64,000 bases of DNA from Bdellovibrionales bacterium (GTDB taxonomy: Bacteria > Bdellovibrionota > Bdellovibrionia > Bdellovibrionales > UBA1609). Below the pieces are notes generated by a model. That model searched no databases and had not been told where the DNA came from. It saw only the letters and a list, made by a program, of their open reading frames with translations. Where the stretch lies: positions 1,536,001 to 1,600,000 of the forward strand of contig OZ241329.1 of assembly GCA_965199825.1 (NCBI GenBank), written 5' to 3'. Position 1 is the stretch's first letter. The number at the start of each line of letters is the position of its first letter. Below, in pieces: positions 19,876 through 29,454 of the stretch. A program made the translations under genes and the position numbers.

Positions 19876-21485
19876 TCCATTTCGGCAATAAAAACTCCAT
19901 AAGGCTCCAGCTGAACTTGAGATGCTGATTTCTTTACGCCGATTTCGAGCAGTGCATTCTTATATTTCATGCCGAGCCGATGCATCTTTTTGGACATATT
20001 CAACACCACCAAAATCTTTTGATCATTGTCCTGGCGGATAAATTGTAAAACCGAAGTGCTCGACATCGAGGTGTATTTTCCTTTTCTGAGCGCAGGATAA
20101 TTTTTCCTTAAGTGCAAAAGTTTTTTATAAACTGAAAATATTGAGTCCGGATTTTTTGATTCGAAGTCGACATTGGTGGTCTTTGCCGCTGGAGGGATTG
20201 GAAGCCAAGGTTTGGTGTCAGAAAAACCATCGCTTCCCCATTGCATCGGAGTTCTTGAGCCGTCGCGCCCTTTTTCTTTTGGCCATCCTGTGATGCCTAT
20301 GGGATCTTTGACCTCGCTTTTGTGGCGGGGCTCAGTGGTGAGCATGCCGATCTCTTCGCCGTAATACAAAATGGGAGTGCCGCGCAACGACAGATACAAA
20401 GCGGCCATCAGTTTTGCGATCGCCACATTGTTTTTGCCATCACCATAGCGATCACTCGAGCGCACAATATCATGGTTGCTGATCAAAAAAACGGGCCAGC
20501 CTTTGGCGCTATCGATATCGGTGATCTGTTTATGAAATTCTTTGGCCGAAAGTTTATTGACCGACGTAAACAACAGATCCATGGGCATCTGAAGCTCATC
20601 TTCATTTTCGCCGTAATATTTTTTTAATTCGTTGATATCGTTGGTCCAAGTTTCACCCACCAAAACCGCATCATGTTGATCTGCAATTTTGCGTAGCCCT
20701 TTTAGGACATCATGAACCTCTGGCAATTTTGTTGTGTATTGCTCTTTTAAGTTAGGATCGCCAAATTTATTTTTGCCCTTAAGAACGGGCTCGTCGCGCA
20801 ACTCTGGATCTTCAAAAAGTGTATCCACCGCATCCAAACGAAACCCTGAAACCCCGCGCTTGTACCACCACTCGGTGATTTCAAACATTGCCTCTTTGAC
20901 TTTTGGATTGCGCCAATTGAGATCGGGCTGTTCCTTATAAAAACGGTGATAATAGGATTGATCCATCGATGAGATATATTCCCAAGCCGATCCCCCAAAA
21001 ATCGAGATCCAATTGTTTGGCGGTTTTTGACCCTGATGCCAAATATAAAAATCGCGGTACTCTGGCGAAGTCTGCGATTTTTTAAACCATTCGTGTTGAT
21101 CCGAGGTGTGGTTTAAAACAAAATCCAAGATGATTTTGATATTTCGTTTTTTGGCTTCTTCGATCAGATGATCAAAATCTTTTAGTGTGCCAAATTGCGG
21201 ATCGATATTTTTGTAATCCGAGACATCATACCCAAAATCCACCTGGGGTGAGGGAAAGCAAGGTGTGATCCAAACCGCATCGACACCAAGGTCTTTAAGA
21301 TAATCTAATTTTGATGTGATGCCGTTGATATCGCCAATGCCGTCGTGATTGCTATCTTTAAAACTGCGAATGTACACTTCGTAAAATGCGGCATCCTTAT
21401 ACCAATTGGTGGGTTGGGCTTGGGTGTTGGTTTGGGCGTGAACCTGGGCTTGGGCCAAAAATAGAGATAGAAATAGACTGATCAT
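19872..21485 (-). CDS. GH13 alpha-glucosidase / oligo-1,6-glucosidase with signal peptide
   Basis: YEVYIRSFKDSN.DGIGD, DFVLNHTS, GFRLDAV, VGE, NHD, YYGEEIGM, RTPMQW. Confidence 0.92.
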   Translation of the reverse strand: MISLFLSLFLAQAQVHAQTNTQAQPTNWYKDAAFYEVYIRSFKDSNHDGIGDINGITSKLDYLKDLGVDAVWITPCFPSPQVDFGYDVSDYKNIDPQFGTLKDFDHLIEEAKKRNIKIILDFVLNHTSDQHEWFKKSQTSPEYRDFYIWHQGQKPPNNWISIFGGSAWEYISSMDQSYYHRFYKEQPDLNWRNPKVKEAMFEITEWWYKRGVSGFRLDAVDTLFEDPELRDEPVLKGKNKFGDPNLKEQYTTKLPEVHDVLKGLRKIADQHDAVLVGETWTNDINELKKYYGENEDELQMPMDLLFTSVNKLSAKEFHKQITDIDSAKGWPVFLISNHDIVRSSDRYGDGKNNVAIAKLMAALYLSLRGTPILYYGEEIGMLTTEPRHKSEVKDPIGITGWPKEKGRDGSRTPMQWGSDGFSDTKPWLPIPPAAKTTNVDFESKNPDSIFSVYKKLLHLRKNYPALRKGKYTSMSSTSVLQFIRQDNDQKILVVLNMSKKMHRLGMKYKNALLEIGVKKSASQVQLEPYGVFIAEMD

Positions 21486-21842
21486 TAGCGGCCCCTTTAA
21501 TGGTTTTTTATTTTTTGAATTTTAGACCCGGTTTCATCCTATGCACAAGTGGGGAGATGCTAAATTTTGGCGGGTTGAATGTCAGATAAACTGAGGGGGA
21601 GAAAAGGCGATATTATAACCACGCAACTGCGATCTTTATCTCATGGTCAGTTTAAAGAGAGATTGGATTTTTACTGGAGCGATGAAAAGTGTTTTGGGGC
21701 ACCAGGCTCTTCTCAGGTTTTGTGTGATCTTAATTTAATTAACACTTTGAAGAGATTGTGCTTTCAATTGTGTTTCCTATCCGTAGAGCGCTATTCCAAA
21801 CGAGTGATGCTGGTAAATTTTTAAAATATTTCGCTCGTAAAA

Positions 21843-21858
21843 AATGACATTGCCCCAG
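21843..21858 (+). repeat. Single copy of RAYT-associated motif AATGACATTGCCCCAG
   Basis: Exact reverse complement of 63048-63063; same orientation relative to its transposase gene. Confidence 0.85.
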
Positions 21859-21867
21859 CAAATATGA

Positions 21868-21896
21868 TTGTATTTTGATATATATAAATATAGTTT
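21868..21896 (+). promoter_or_regulatory. Putative sigma70 promoter giving a leaderless transcript of the Y1 transposase
   Basis: TTGTAT-N17-TAGTTT, 6 nt before ATG 21903, no RBS; same geometry as the paralogue. Confidence 0.55.
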
Positions 21897-21902
21897 ATAG
21901 AA

Positions 21903-22430
21903 ATGAAACAGCTCTCATTTTTTAATCTCTCAAACCGGAAGAATTACGGTGGCGAAATGAAAGGCCGTCGCAAAACAATGCGGCCTTTAGACAAGAAGCG
22001 TTTACATCACGTGATTTTGAAATCGCGGCATGCCAAGGGCGACCGAAGCTTTAAAAAGTTCGACATGCAGATCCAATATAAAAATTTAATTTACTCAAAA
22101 GCTAAGAAATATGGAGTGCGTATTGCTGCCTATAGCAACGTGGGCAATCATTTTCATTTGCTCATCAAGTTTCAAGATCGCAATTTGATCAAAACTTTCT
22201 TTAAAGTGATTGCCGGAGTGATCGCGCGTCTTGCGGTTGGTGCACAAAAAGGCAAAAGGTTTGGCCGTTTTTGGGATTCGGTGCTGTTCACTCGCATCAT
22301 TAGCAAAGGTCGTGATGAACTTCGCATTTTTGATTATGTAGAAGCAAATTTAATTGAAGCGCACTTTGGGAAAGCGGCTCGTAAACATTTTGAAATGATT
22401 TGTAAGGAGTATTGGAAAGATCTTTTTTAA
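21903..22430 (+). mobile_element. HUH/Y1 tyrosine transposase (IS200/RAYT-like), copy 1
   Basis: HHVILKS, NVGNHFHLL (HUH), FWD..FTRI, catalytic-type DYVEAN; no tnpB adjacent. Confidence 0.85.
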
Positions 22431-22804
22431 AAAGCCACGCGCGTAAACTCTTGTTTGAATCAAACGCCGGGGCAGGGAACAACTGTTTGATTCACATTCA
22501 AAGCTGAGCTTGAATACCCTAAGGTCGGCTGATTGGACTATCAAACGGCGAGACCGCACATGAATAAAAAAATATTCTGCTCGCCCTCATCCTATCGGTC
22601 ACCTCTGTTTCAATCAGAGTGTAGGATGCAATTTAGAAATAAGGGGAGCACGCCTTCACTGACAGTGCTGACCATGGCGAACGTATTCCCATATCTTATC
22701 GATAGAATTGGCGAGTCCCAACAAATCAGTCACGCTGGCCAAGCTGTTATTTTGAGGCATTTCGACACCACATAAAATTCACCCACCAACTTCGACAACA
22801 AAAG

Positions 22805-23236
22805 TTAGGGCGAAGACGTCCCGCGATCGCCGGCAGGTGCTGACGGACCATTCGAGATACAAATGGCATAATTATTTAAACCTACCACTGAGTCACTAGG
22901 GCTGCGGGGGTTTGGCAGCATGTTTCTTGGGGCAAATCCCGCATCACATTTTTCTGATTTGTTTTTGACTTGGCAATTGGCGGAAGTCATCAAAAAATCG
23001 TTGGTGGCTTTCGACTTGAGCGCGCGTGGAACAATCATCACAGGGGAACAACCCACCGCTTTTATCTGAAGTTGTAAGATGCGGGCGCCGGCTGTGGTCA
23101 GCTGATCGGGTCCAGACGCACTCAAACCTAAAACTGTATCGTTACTTTTGAGCTCGTCTTCGCTAATACTGATGGTGCTGTCAAAAGCAAAGGCTGCAGG
23201 CGAACACAATAAAAAAACAAAAAACATTTTGGTCAT
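22805..23236 (-). CDS. Hypothetical secreted protein
   Basis: Signal peptide ending AFA; four Cys in the mature part. Confidence 0.65.
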   Translation of the reverse strand: MTKMFFVFLLCSPAAFAFDSTISISEDELKSNDTVLGLSASGPDQLTTAGARILQLQIKAVGCSPVMIVPRALKSKATNDFLMTSANCQVKNKSEKCDAGFAPRNMLPNPRSPSDSVVGLNNYAICISNGPSAPAGDRGTSSP

Positions 23237-23246
23237 TCCACTCGCC

Positions 23247-24164
23247 CTAATCCTGAAAGTATTTAGCCGTTAATCTTTGCTTACCAGAAGGAATCCGAAT
23301 GCGGTGCGATTTCACGAACGAAGGCACAATCCCTTTAACAAGCTCGGGGTTGAGCATCGCGAGCAGATCTTCGGTAGTCCCAATAGAATTGGCTAAGCCC
23401 GCCAGGTCGGTCCCGCCGGGTGCGGTGTAGTATTCAAAATCATGGGGCATCTGTTTTTGCACATCAGTAAACCCATATAGTTTAGGAGCCTTTGAGATCA
23501 GCATCGCTGCCAAGAGTTTTGGAATGTAGTCGCTGGTTTCTCTTGGAAAATCTGGAAATTTTGAGAGTTCCCAAAAGTTGCGTGAGCCATACTTGGTCAC
23601 AAGCCTTCGCAATCGATTCTCGCCCATATTGTAGGCGGCTGCGGTCAAGTACCACGAATCAAAAATGCGGTAGATGTCAGAAAGATAGCGAGCCGCTGCG
23701 ACCGTACTTTTATTAAAATCTCTGCGCTCATCGAGCCACCAATTTATTTTTAATCCGTAGCGATTGGCGGTACTTTCGATAAACTGCCAAAATCCTACCG
23801 CATCGGCATGAGAGGTTGCGGCAGCCGAAAATCCACTTTCGATCATTGCGATAAAAGCCAAATCTTGCGGCATCTTATTTTGACTCAACAATTTTTGCAT
23901 GTTGGGCATAAAGCGTGAGGAGCGCTGCAGGTAAGTTTTAAAAAATCGGCGGCCGTCGGTTTGGAAGTATTTAATCCACTGTTTTACTTTTGAATTGTAG
24001 GTGATGGGCAAATCAAAAAATGGTTTTGTATCCACAGGCGCAAACAAATTTTGGCGTGGTCTTTTGTCGCGCATGGCTTCTGCCACTTTTTTTATTTCAA
24101 GCGCCTGATCTAAACTTTCAACCGACGCATAAACATGAAGTGTGAATAAAAATATTTTTATCAT
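23247..24164 (-). CDS. Lytic murein transglycosylase, MltD-like, divergent from flgF
   Basis: IAMIESGF, SHADAVGFWQFI, DERRD, AAAYNMGE, RETSDYIPK, LNPEL. Confidence 0.9.
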   Translation of the reverse strand: MIKIFLFTLHVYASVESLDQALEIKKVAEAMRDKRPRQNLFAPVDTKPFFDLPITYNSKVKQWIKYFQTDGRRFFKTYLQRSSRFMPNMQKLLSQNKMPQDLAFIAMIESGFSAAATSHADAVGFWQFIESTANRYGLKINWWLDERRDFNKSTVAAARYLSDIYRIFDSWYLTAAAYNMGENRLRRLVTKYGSRNFWELSKFPDFPRETSDYIPKLLAAMLISKAPKLYGFTDVQKQMPHDFEYYTAPGGTDLAGLANSIGTTEDLLAMLNPELVKGIVPSFVKSHRIRIPSGKQRLTAKYFQD

Positions 24165-24330
24165 CGAGTTCGATCTTAAGAGAGGTTTGTTTAAAGGTCG
24201 AGTCCCGATATTGCGGGTGTCAGTTCGCTGACATTGAGCGTGAGAATTTTGATGAGGACAAAAGTCGAATCAAAGCTTTATTGCGCGGTTAATGAGGCAA
24301 TCAGCTTGAGCACTCAGACAATCGTCTTGG

Positions 24331-24346
24331 TGGCACCATCATTGCT
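24331..24346 (+). promoter_or_regulatory. sigma54 (-24/-12) promoter of the flgF operon
   Basis: TGGCAC-CATCA-TTGCT matches TGGCAC-N5-TTGC, 26 nt upstream of flgF. Confidence 0.8.
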
Positions 24347-24372
24347 CAATTTGGGTACATGGGGGACACGAT

Positions 24373-25161
24373 TTGAGCACAAAAGGAATTTACACTGCAG
24401 TCAGCGGCGCCATAGCACAGAGTCAACGCCTCGATACCATCGCCAACAACATTGCGAATTCAAACACCACTGGATTTAAAAAAGACAATCAGGTGTTTAA
24501 TGAATATTTGTCGGCATACGAAAAACCACCAGATTCGATGACCATTCCACGCATCCCAGCAAGCACCGAAAATTTTTATGACTCTCAAGGTGCTGACCGA
24601 GCGTATGTCGATGCCGCAGGAACTTACACCTCACACACTCAAGGTGCATTGAAACCCACCGGATCAAATCTCGATTTGGCTATTGAAGGCTCGGGATTTT
24701 TTCAGGTGGACACTCCCCAAGGCACACGCTTTACCCGCAGCGGCTCGCTCAATATTGATGGCAGCGGTCAGTTGGTAAATAAAGAAGGTTTACCCATGTT
24801 GCTCGAGGGTGGTCAAAAGATTAATCTTCAATCCTCGAATGTGACGGTGTCTGAGCGCGGTGAAATATATGATGGCCAAAAATTATTGGGCCGTCTTGCA
24901 GTTGTTGATGTGCAAGATAAAGATGCGTTTGAAAAAGTCGGGAATTCTTTATTTCAGCTGAAAGCCAATTCCAAAGAAACTCTGAAGCCCGCTGATGATT
25001 GCAAAGTGATGCAAGGTTTTCTCGAAGGCAGCAACGTCAACATCGTTGAGGAAATGACCAATATGATTCAAGCCTCACGAGCGTTTGAAACCAATCAGCA
25101 AGCGATCAAGGCCTTTGATCAAATGGATGAAAAACTCGTTCGCGATGTCGCAAAGTTATAA
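24373..25161 (+). CDS. flgF: Flagellar basal-body rod protein FlgF
   Basis: IANNIANSNTTGFK, DLAIEG.GFF, FTRSG, LEGSNVN; precedes flgG. Confidence 0.9.
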   Translation: MSTKGIYTAVSGAIAQSQRLDTIANNIANSNTTGFKKDNQVFNEYLSAYEKPPDSMTIPRIPASTENFYDSQGADRAYVDAAGTYTSHTQGALKPTGSNLDLAIEGSGFFQVDTPQGTRFTRSGSLNIDGSGQLVNKEGLPMLLEGGQKINLQSSNVTVSERGEIYDGQKLLGRLAVVDVQDKDAFEKVGNSLFQLKANSKETLKPADDCKVMQGFLEGSNVNIVEEMTNMIQASRAFETNQQAIKAFDQMDEKLVRDVAKL

Positions 25162-25173
25162 GGGAAAAATTAA

Positions 25174-25959
25174 ATGATTAAATCACTCAATACCGCAGCA
25201 ACCGGAATGCAAGCTCAACAAACCAATATGGATGTGATTGCCAACAATATGGCAAACACCAACACCGTGGGTTTTAAAAGATCACGCGCTGAGTTTGAAG
25301 ATTTGATGTATCAAACTCACAAAGAGCCTGGTGCACAAACCGGAGCCAACAGTGTTTCGCCCACAGGTGTTCAAGTGGGTTTGGGTGTAAAGACTGCTGC
25401 GGTAAATAAAGATTTTGAGCAAGGCTCGGCGCAGATTACCAAAAACGCATTTGATTTAGAAATCGAAGGCGCTGGGTTTTTTCCTGTTCAACTTCCTAAC
25501 GGACAAATTGGTTACACCCGTGACGGCGCATTTAAAAAAGGTCCCGACGGAAGACTTCAAGATAAAAACGGAAATATTTTGCAACCCGAGATCGCGGTTC
25601 CACCAGACTCCTCTGGAGTTGAAATATCGGTGGATGGGCAAGTGAATGTGATTACCGCAGCAAATTCTCAGCCCCAAAATATTGGCCAAATCCAGGTTGT
25701 TGGATTTGTAAATCCTGCGGGCTTAAAAAACATGGGACGCAATATTTTTATGCCGAGCAATTCGAGCGGAACCCCACAACAATCTGTTCCGGGACAAAAC
25801 GGTTTGGGTTTAATCGCTCAAGGCCAACTTGAAACAAGTAATGTGAATATCGTTGATGAGATGGTCAATATGATCACGGCTCAAAGAGCCTACGAGACCA
25901 ACTCAAAAGTGATTCAGGCTTCGGATCAAATGATGCAACAAATAAATAACTTAAGGTAA
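25174..25959 (+). CDS. flgG: Flagellar distal rod protein FlgG
   Basis: ANNMANTNTVGFKRSRAEFEDLMYQ, GVQVGLGV, YTRDG, LETSNVN..EMVNMITAQRAYE. Confidence 0.96.
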   Translation: MIKSLNTAATGMQAQQTNMDVIANNMANTNTVGFKRSRAEFEDLMYQTHKEPGAQTGANSVSPTGVQVGLGVKTAAVNKDFEQGSAQITKNAFDLEIEGAGFFPVQLPNGQIGYTRDGAFKKGPDGRLQDKNGNILQPEIAVPPDSSGVEISVDGQVNVITAANSQPQNIGQIQVVGFVNPAGLKNMGRNIFMPSNSSGTPQQSVPGQNGLGLIAQGQLETSNVNIVDEMVNMITAQRAYETNSKVIQASDQMMQQINNLR

Positions 25960-25966
25960 TTTTAAA

Positions 25967-26869
25967 GTGATTTGGTTTTTTTCAATTTTTGCTTTTGCTA
26001 GTGAGCCCACTCTTTCGGTCAAATCCTTGGTTTATACCGAAACGGCAGTGTCGCTTGCAGATGTGGCCGAGTTGAGCGACGTCTCAAAAGACGTTGTGGT
26101 GCTCGCCCAAAATTTTCAGTTGTGCGATGCTCCTGCCAAAGGTGAAAAGCGCACATTTTCGGCTCGTGCGATGAGCGAGCTGCTGCGCGCATTTTCAAAT
26201 CAACTCGCAAAGAAAAATCTAAGCGTTAAATTTGTTGTTCCCCAGTCGGTGACGATTGAGCGTCCACGTCTTGAATTGAGCGAAGCCATTGTGCGTGATC
26301 AGTTATTAAAAGCGTGGGGCGCTTCATGTAAGGAATGTAAACTTATTTTGTCGGATCTCCAGTTGCCAGTGCGTACACAGGTAAACGATTGGGAACTCCA
26401 AATCAAAAAAGAACTTCCACGCGGTCAGTTTTCGGTAGCGATCAAAATAAATAATAAAGATTTGGTTTGGCTCAAAGGACGACTTGAGATTCAGCGCGAG
26501 GTACCCGTGGCCAACCGGGCAATTTATTTCGGCGAGCGTTTGACTCAAGCTGATTTTCATACCGAGTTTCGTGATTCGACATTTTCAAACGACCGTGCTC
26601 TCAAACCAGAAGAGATCGATGGTCAAAGGTTGAAGAGCCCTGTGCGAGTGAACGATATTATTTCGCGCTCACAAATCGAAAAAGAAAAGGCCTTGGTCAA
26701 AGGAAGTATCGTGCGACTTAAGAGCAATGACTCTTCATTCGAGGTGAGTCTTGAGGCTCGCGCAGAGCAAGATGGTTTTGTTGGTGACACAGTCGCTGTC
26801 AGAAATTTGCAAAGCCAACATATTCTTCAAGCAACAGTCACAGGCAAAAGTGAGGTTTTGGCACAATGA
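25967..26869 (+). CDS. flgA: P-ring formation chaperone FlgA
   Basis: C-terminal SAF-like LVKGSIV...AEQDGFVGDTVAVRNLQS; position after flgG. Confidence 0.85.
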   Translation: MIWFFSIFAFASEPTLSVKSLVYTETAVSLADVAELSDVSKDVVVLAQNFQLCDAPAKGEKRTFSARAMSELLRAFSNQLAKKNLSVKFVVPQSVTIERPRLELSEAIVRDQLLKAWGASCKECKLILSDLQLPVRTQVNDWELQIKKELPRGQFSVAIKINNKDLVWLKGRLEIQREVPVANRAIYFGERLTQADFHTEFRDSTFSNDRALKPEEIDGQRLKSPVRVNDIISRSQIEKEKALVKGSIVRLKSNDSSFEVSLEARAEQDGFVGDTVAVRNLQSQHILQATVTGKSEVLAQ

Positions 26870-27582
26870 AAAAGCTTATCGTATTGGCATTGCTCTCAAC
26901 CGGTTGTGCGTCTTTAGGTCGTGAGTGGAAAGCATTTTTAAATGGTAATTTTCCAGGCTCACCCTCGGATTCTGAGCCGACCTATTCAGAGCGGTCAAAT
27001 ATTTTGCCACCTTCACAAAGGCAGTACCATCGGGTCACAAAACAAAGCTTGGAAAATGAAGCAGGTTTGGATGAGCGTTCGGGATCTCTTTGGGTGATGG
27101 AAGGCCAAGGTGCTTATCTTTTTGCTCATAATATTATGCGTATGACGGGCGATCCAATTCCAATCACTTTAGAGGGTGATCCAAAAACTCAGATTGAAAG
27201 TAAAGTGGGAGTGATCAAAAAGTTGGTGGATAAGATCGAGGCCCGCTATCGCGATCAAGGCGGAGATTCACAGCCTGCGGCCGAGGGTGCTCCGGCCGAA
27301 GCTCCCGCGCCACAAGCCACCGCTCAAAAACCAGATGACAAAAAAGAGAGCGACTTCAAGGTTGCAATTGTTCCCACTCGAATTGTTGAGCGAACCGCAG
27401 ATGGAAACTACCGAGTTAAAGGGGCTCAGCAATTTAATATCGGCACTCGAGAATATAAAGTGATTGTTACAGGAATTGTGCGCGCCGAGGATTTTTCAGA
27501 AGACGGCGTGAGCAGCACAAAATTAATGGATCCTAAATTTGATGTGGTAAGTGCTCGCAGCGAGGATAAACAAAAATTATGA
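26866..27582 (+). CDS. flgH: Flagellar L-ring protein FlgH
   Basis: Lipobox STGC, GSLW, GNYRVKG...VTGIVRAED; between flgA and flgI. Confidence 0.82.
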   Translation: MKKLIVLALLSTGCASLGREWKAFLNGNFPGSPSDSEPTYSERSNILPPSQRQYHRVTKQSLENEAGLDERSGSLWVMEGQGAYLFAHNIMRMTGDPIPITLEGDPKTQIESKVGVIKKLVDKIEARYRDQGGDSQPAAEGAPAEAPAPQATAQKPDDKKESDFKVAIVPTRIVERTADGNYRVKGAQQFNIGTREYKVIVTGIVRAEDFSEDGVSSTKLMDPKFDVVSARSEDKQKL

Positions 27583-28559
27583 AGTTTATTTTATTACTTA
27601 GTTTTTTGGCATTCGATGCAAATGCTGCGCGAATCAAAGATATCGCAAACGTAAGAGGTGTTCGCACCAATCAACTTGTTGGCTACGGAATCGTCGTTGG
27701 CCTTAAAGGAACTGGCGACAGCAAAGCCGAATTCACCAGCAAGAGTATGGGCCGCATGCTGGACCGGCTTGGCAGCAAGGTGAGCGAAAAAGATGTGGCG
27801 AGCAAAAATGTGGCTGCTGTGATTATCACCGCAGAACTTCCAGCTTTCGCACGCGCCGGAAATAAAATTGATATCAACGTCAGTGCAATAGGTGACTCTA
27901 CGTCTCTTAAGGGTGGAGTTCTTATACAATCTCCTTTAAGGGCGGCTGATCAGCAAATTTATGCTGTGGCCCAAGGCTCAGCAGTTGTTGGATATTCAAG
28001 CACCGGAATGCACGAGACAGTGGCACGCATAATAAATGGAGCAATGATCGAGCGCGATATGGCAGCCGAATTTGCTTCGCGAAAAATGTTTCGGTTAACG
28101 CTGGTCAATCCTGATTTTACCACCGCCGCGCGTGCAGCAAAAACCATTAACCAAGAGCTTGCTGGAAAATTTGCGTCGGCTCTGGATGCCGCAACAGTGG
28201 ATGTGATTGTGCCCAATTCCTATGAGGGCAAAGGGGTTGAGTTGCTCTCTCTGATTGAAACTTTGAACGTCAATCCCGACAACACGGCGAAAGTCGTGAT
28301 CAATGAAAGAACTGGAACAGTCGTCATTGGCTCCGGCGTGAGAATTTCAAAAATTGCAATCAGCCATGGCGATCTCACCTTAAAGGTGGGCGAGGCGACA
28401 AAAGGTGGCGACCGCGTGATGGGAATCGAAGACTCGGCTAACGTCGGAGATATCGTAAAGGCGCTCAACCACATGGGTGTAACGCCAAGAGACTTAATCA
28501 CAATCCTACAGAGCATTAAAGCAGCTGGAGCTTTGCAGGGGGAACTTGAAATTTTATAG
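27579..28559 (+). CDS. flgI: Flagellar P-ring protein FlgI
   Basis: RIKDIA..GVRTNQLVGYGIVVGLKGTGD, KNVAAV, VINERTGTVV, ILQSIKAAGAL. Confidence 0.96.
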   Translation: MKFILLLSFLAFDANAARIKDIANVRGVRTNQLVGYGIVVGLKGTGDSKAEFTSKSMGRMLDRLGSKVSEKDVASKNVAAVIITAELPAFARAGNKIDINVSAIGDSTSLKGGVLIQSPLRAADQQIYAVAQGSAVVGYSSTGMHETVARIINGAMIERDMAAEFASRKMFRLTLVNPDFTTAARAAKTINQELAGKFASALDAATVDVIVPNSYEGKGVELLSLIETLNVNPDNTAKVVINERTGTVVIGSGVRISKIAISHGDLTLKVGEATKGGDRVMGIEDSANVGDIVKALNHMGVTPRDLITILQSIKAAGALQGELEIL

Positions 28560-28592
28560 AGATAATTTTTAAAGTATCGATTACACTTAAAT

Positions 28593-28794
28593 AGATTCTC
28601 TTTACATGGATGTGGGGGGAATCTTCGGGGAGGGGTGAGTTAGTAGCTATGTACCATGGAAGGTATCAATCAACCAGTTTTCTCGCAGGAAACAGGGACA
28701 AATATTCTAAGCATATCCAGGGAATGGTAAAGCTCAGTTTGTCGAAAGCGTGCAGGATGCACAAGTGTTCTGATTCATCTTCCCCTTTCTTTTT
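28593..28794 (+). ncRNA. Candidate structured RNA with multiple GGA-loop hairpins (CsrB/RsmZ-like sRNA or CsrA-bound flgJ leader)
   Basis: Hairpins 28593-28624 (loop UGGA), 28651-28666 (AUGGAA), 28714-28729 (GGGAA), 28750-28762 (AGGAU); long G-U-rich pairing 28627-28643/28770-28785 followed by TTTCTTTTT. Confidence 0.55.
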
Positions 28795-28810
28795 ATCGGA
28801 TCTTTAAAAA

Positions 28811-29413
28811 ATGGCATTGCCGATCCAAACAACTTTGCCGGTTCGAAAACACGAACCGGCGGATGTCGAAAAAAAATTAAAAGACGCAGCCTCTATGTAC
28901 GAACAACATTTCTTGCAAGAAATGATGAAGGGCATGCGCAAAACAGTCACTCAAGGAACGCCACTGTCTCAAGGCGAAAAACTTTACCGCGAACAACTTG
29001 ATCAAAAATATGTTGAAGCCTGGAGCAGCAACGGCGGCATTGGTTTATCAAAGGTGATTTATGATCAGCTTCACGCCAAATTTTTTCCGGATCGCACCGC
29101 ACCCGCACCAAAAGGTCCGTTGCCGGCAGAAACAAGCCGCGTGCATTCGGTCAAAGATGGCGATGCGCGGATGGATTTTTCGTTTGAAGGCACTGGCGAT
29201 GTGACCGCACCGTTTGATGGCAAAATTCTTTCTGCGCAAGCTTTGCCCTCGGGTGAAACCGGTGTTTTGATTTCACATCCTGAGTTGAATATGGAATCGC
29301 GATTGGTCTTTAACGGTTCAGCAAATATAAAACCCGGTCAAAACATCGCAGCCGGCGAAGTGCTCGCATCGAATTCCTCGGGGAAAACATACTGGTCAGT
29401 TGTTGCGAGCTAA
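28811..29413 (+). CDS. flgJ: FlgJ-like rod-binding protein with degenerate M23-like C-terminal domain
   Basis: LKDAASMYEQHFLQEMMKGMRKT...YREQLDQKYV...GIGLSKVIYDQL; C-terminal VTAPFDGKI...IKPGQNIAAGEVLA. Confidence 0.82.
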   Translation: MALPIQTTLPVRKHEPADVEKKLKDAASMYEQHFLQEMMKGMRKTVTQGTPLSQGEKLYREQLDQKYVEAWSSNGGIGLSKVIYDQLHAKFFPDRTAPAPKGPLPAETSRVHSVKDGDARMDFSFEGTGDVTAPFDGKILSAQALPSGETGVLISHPELNMESRLVFNGSANIKPGQNIAAGEVLASNSSGKTYWSVVAS

Positions 29414-29454
29414 TTTGATTTGCACATTGTTTTAAATTCCGGGTATCACTGGGG

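Noticed and set aside
21903..22430. IS605/TnpB RNA-guided element
   Set aside because: No tnpB or iscB ORF next to either Y1 gene
22495..22800. Possible gene remnant downstream of Y1 copy 1
   Set aside because: Only short ORFs with no recognisable motifs; a pseudogene call cannot be supported
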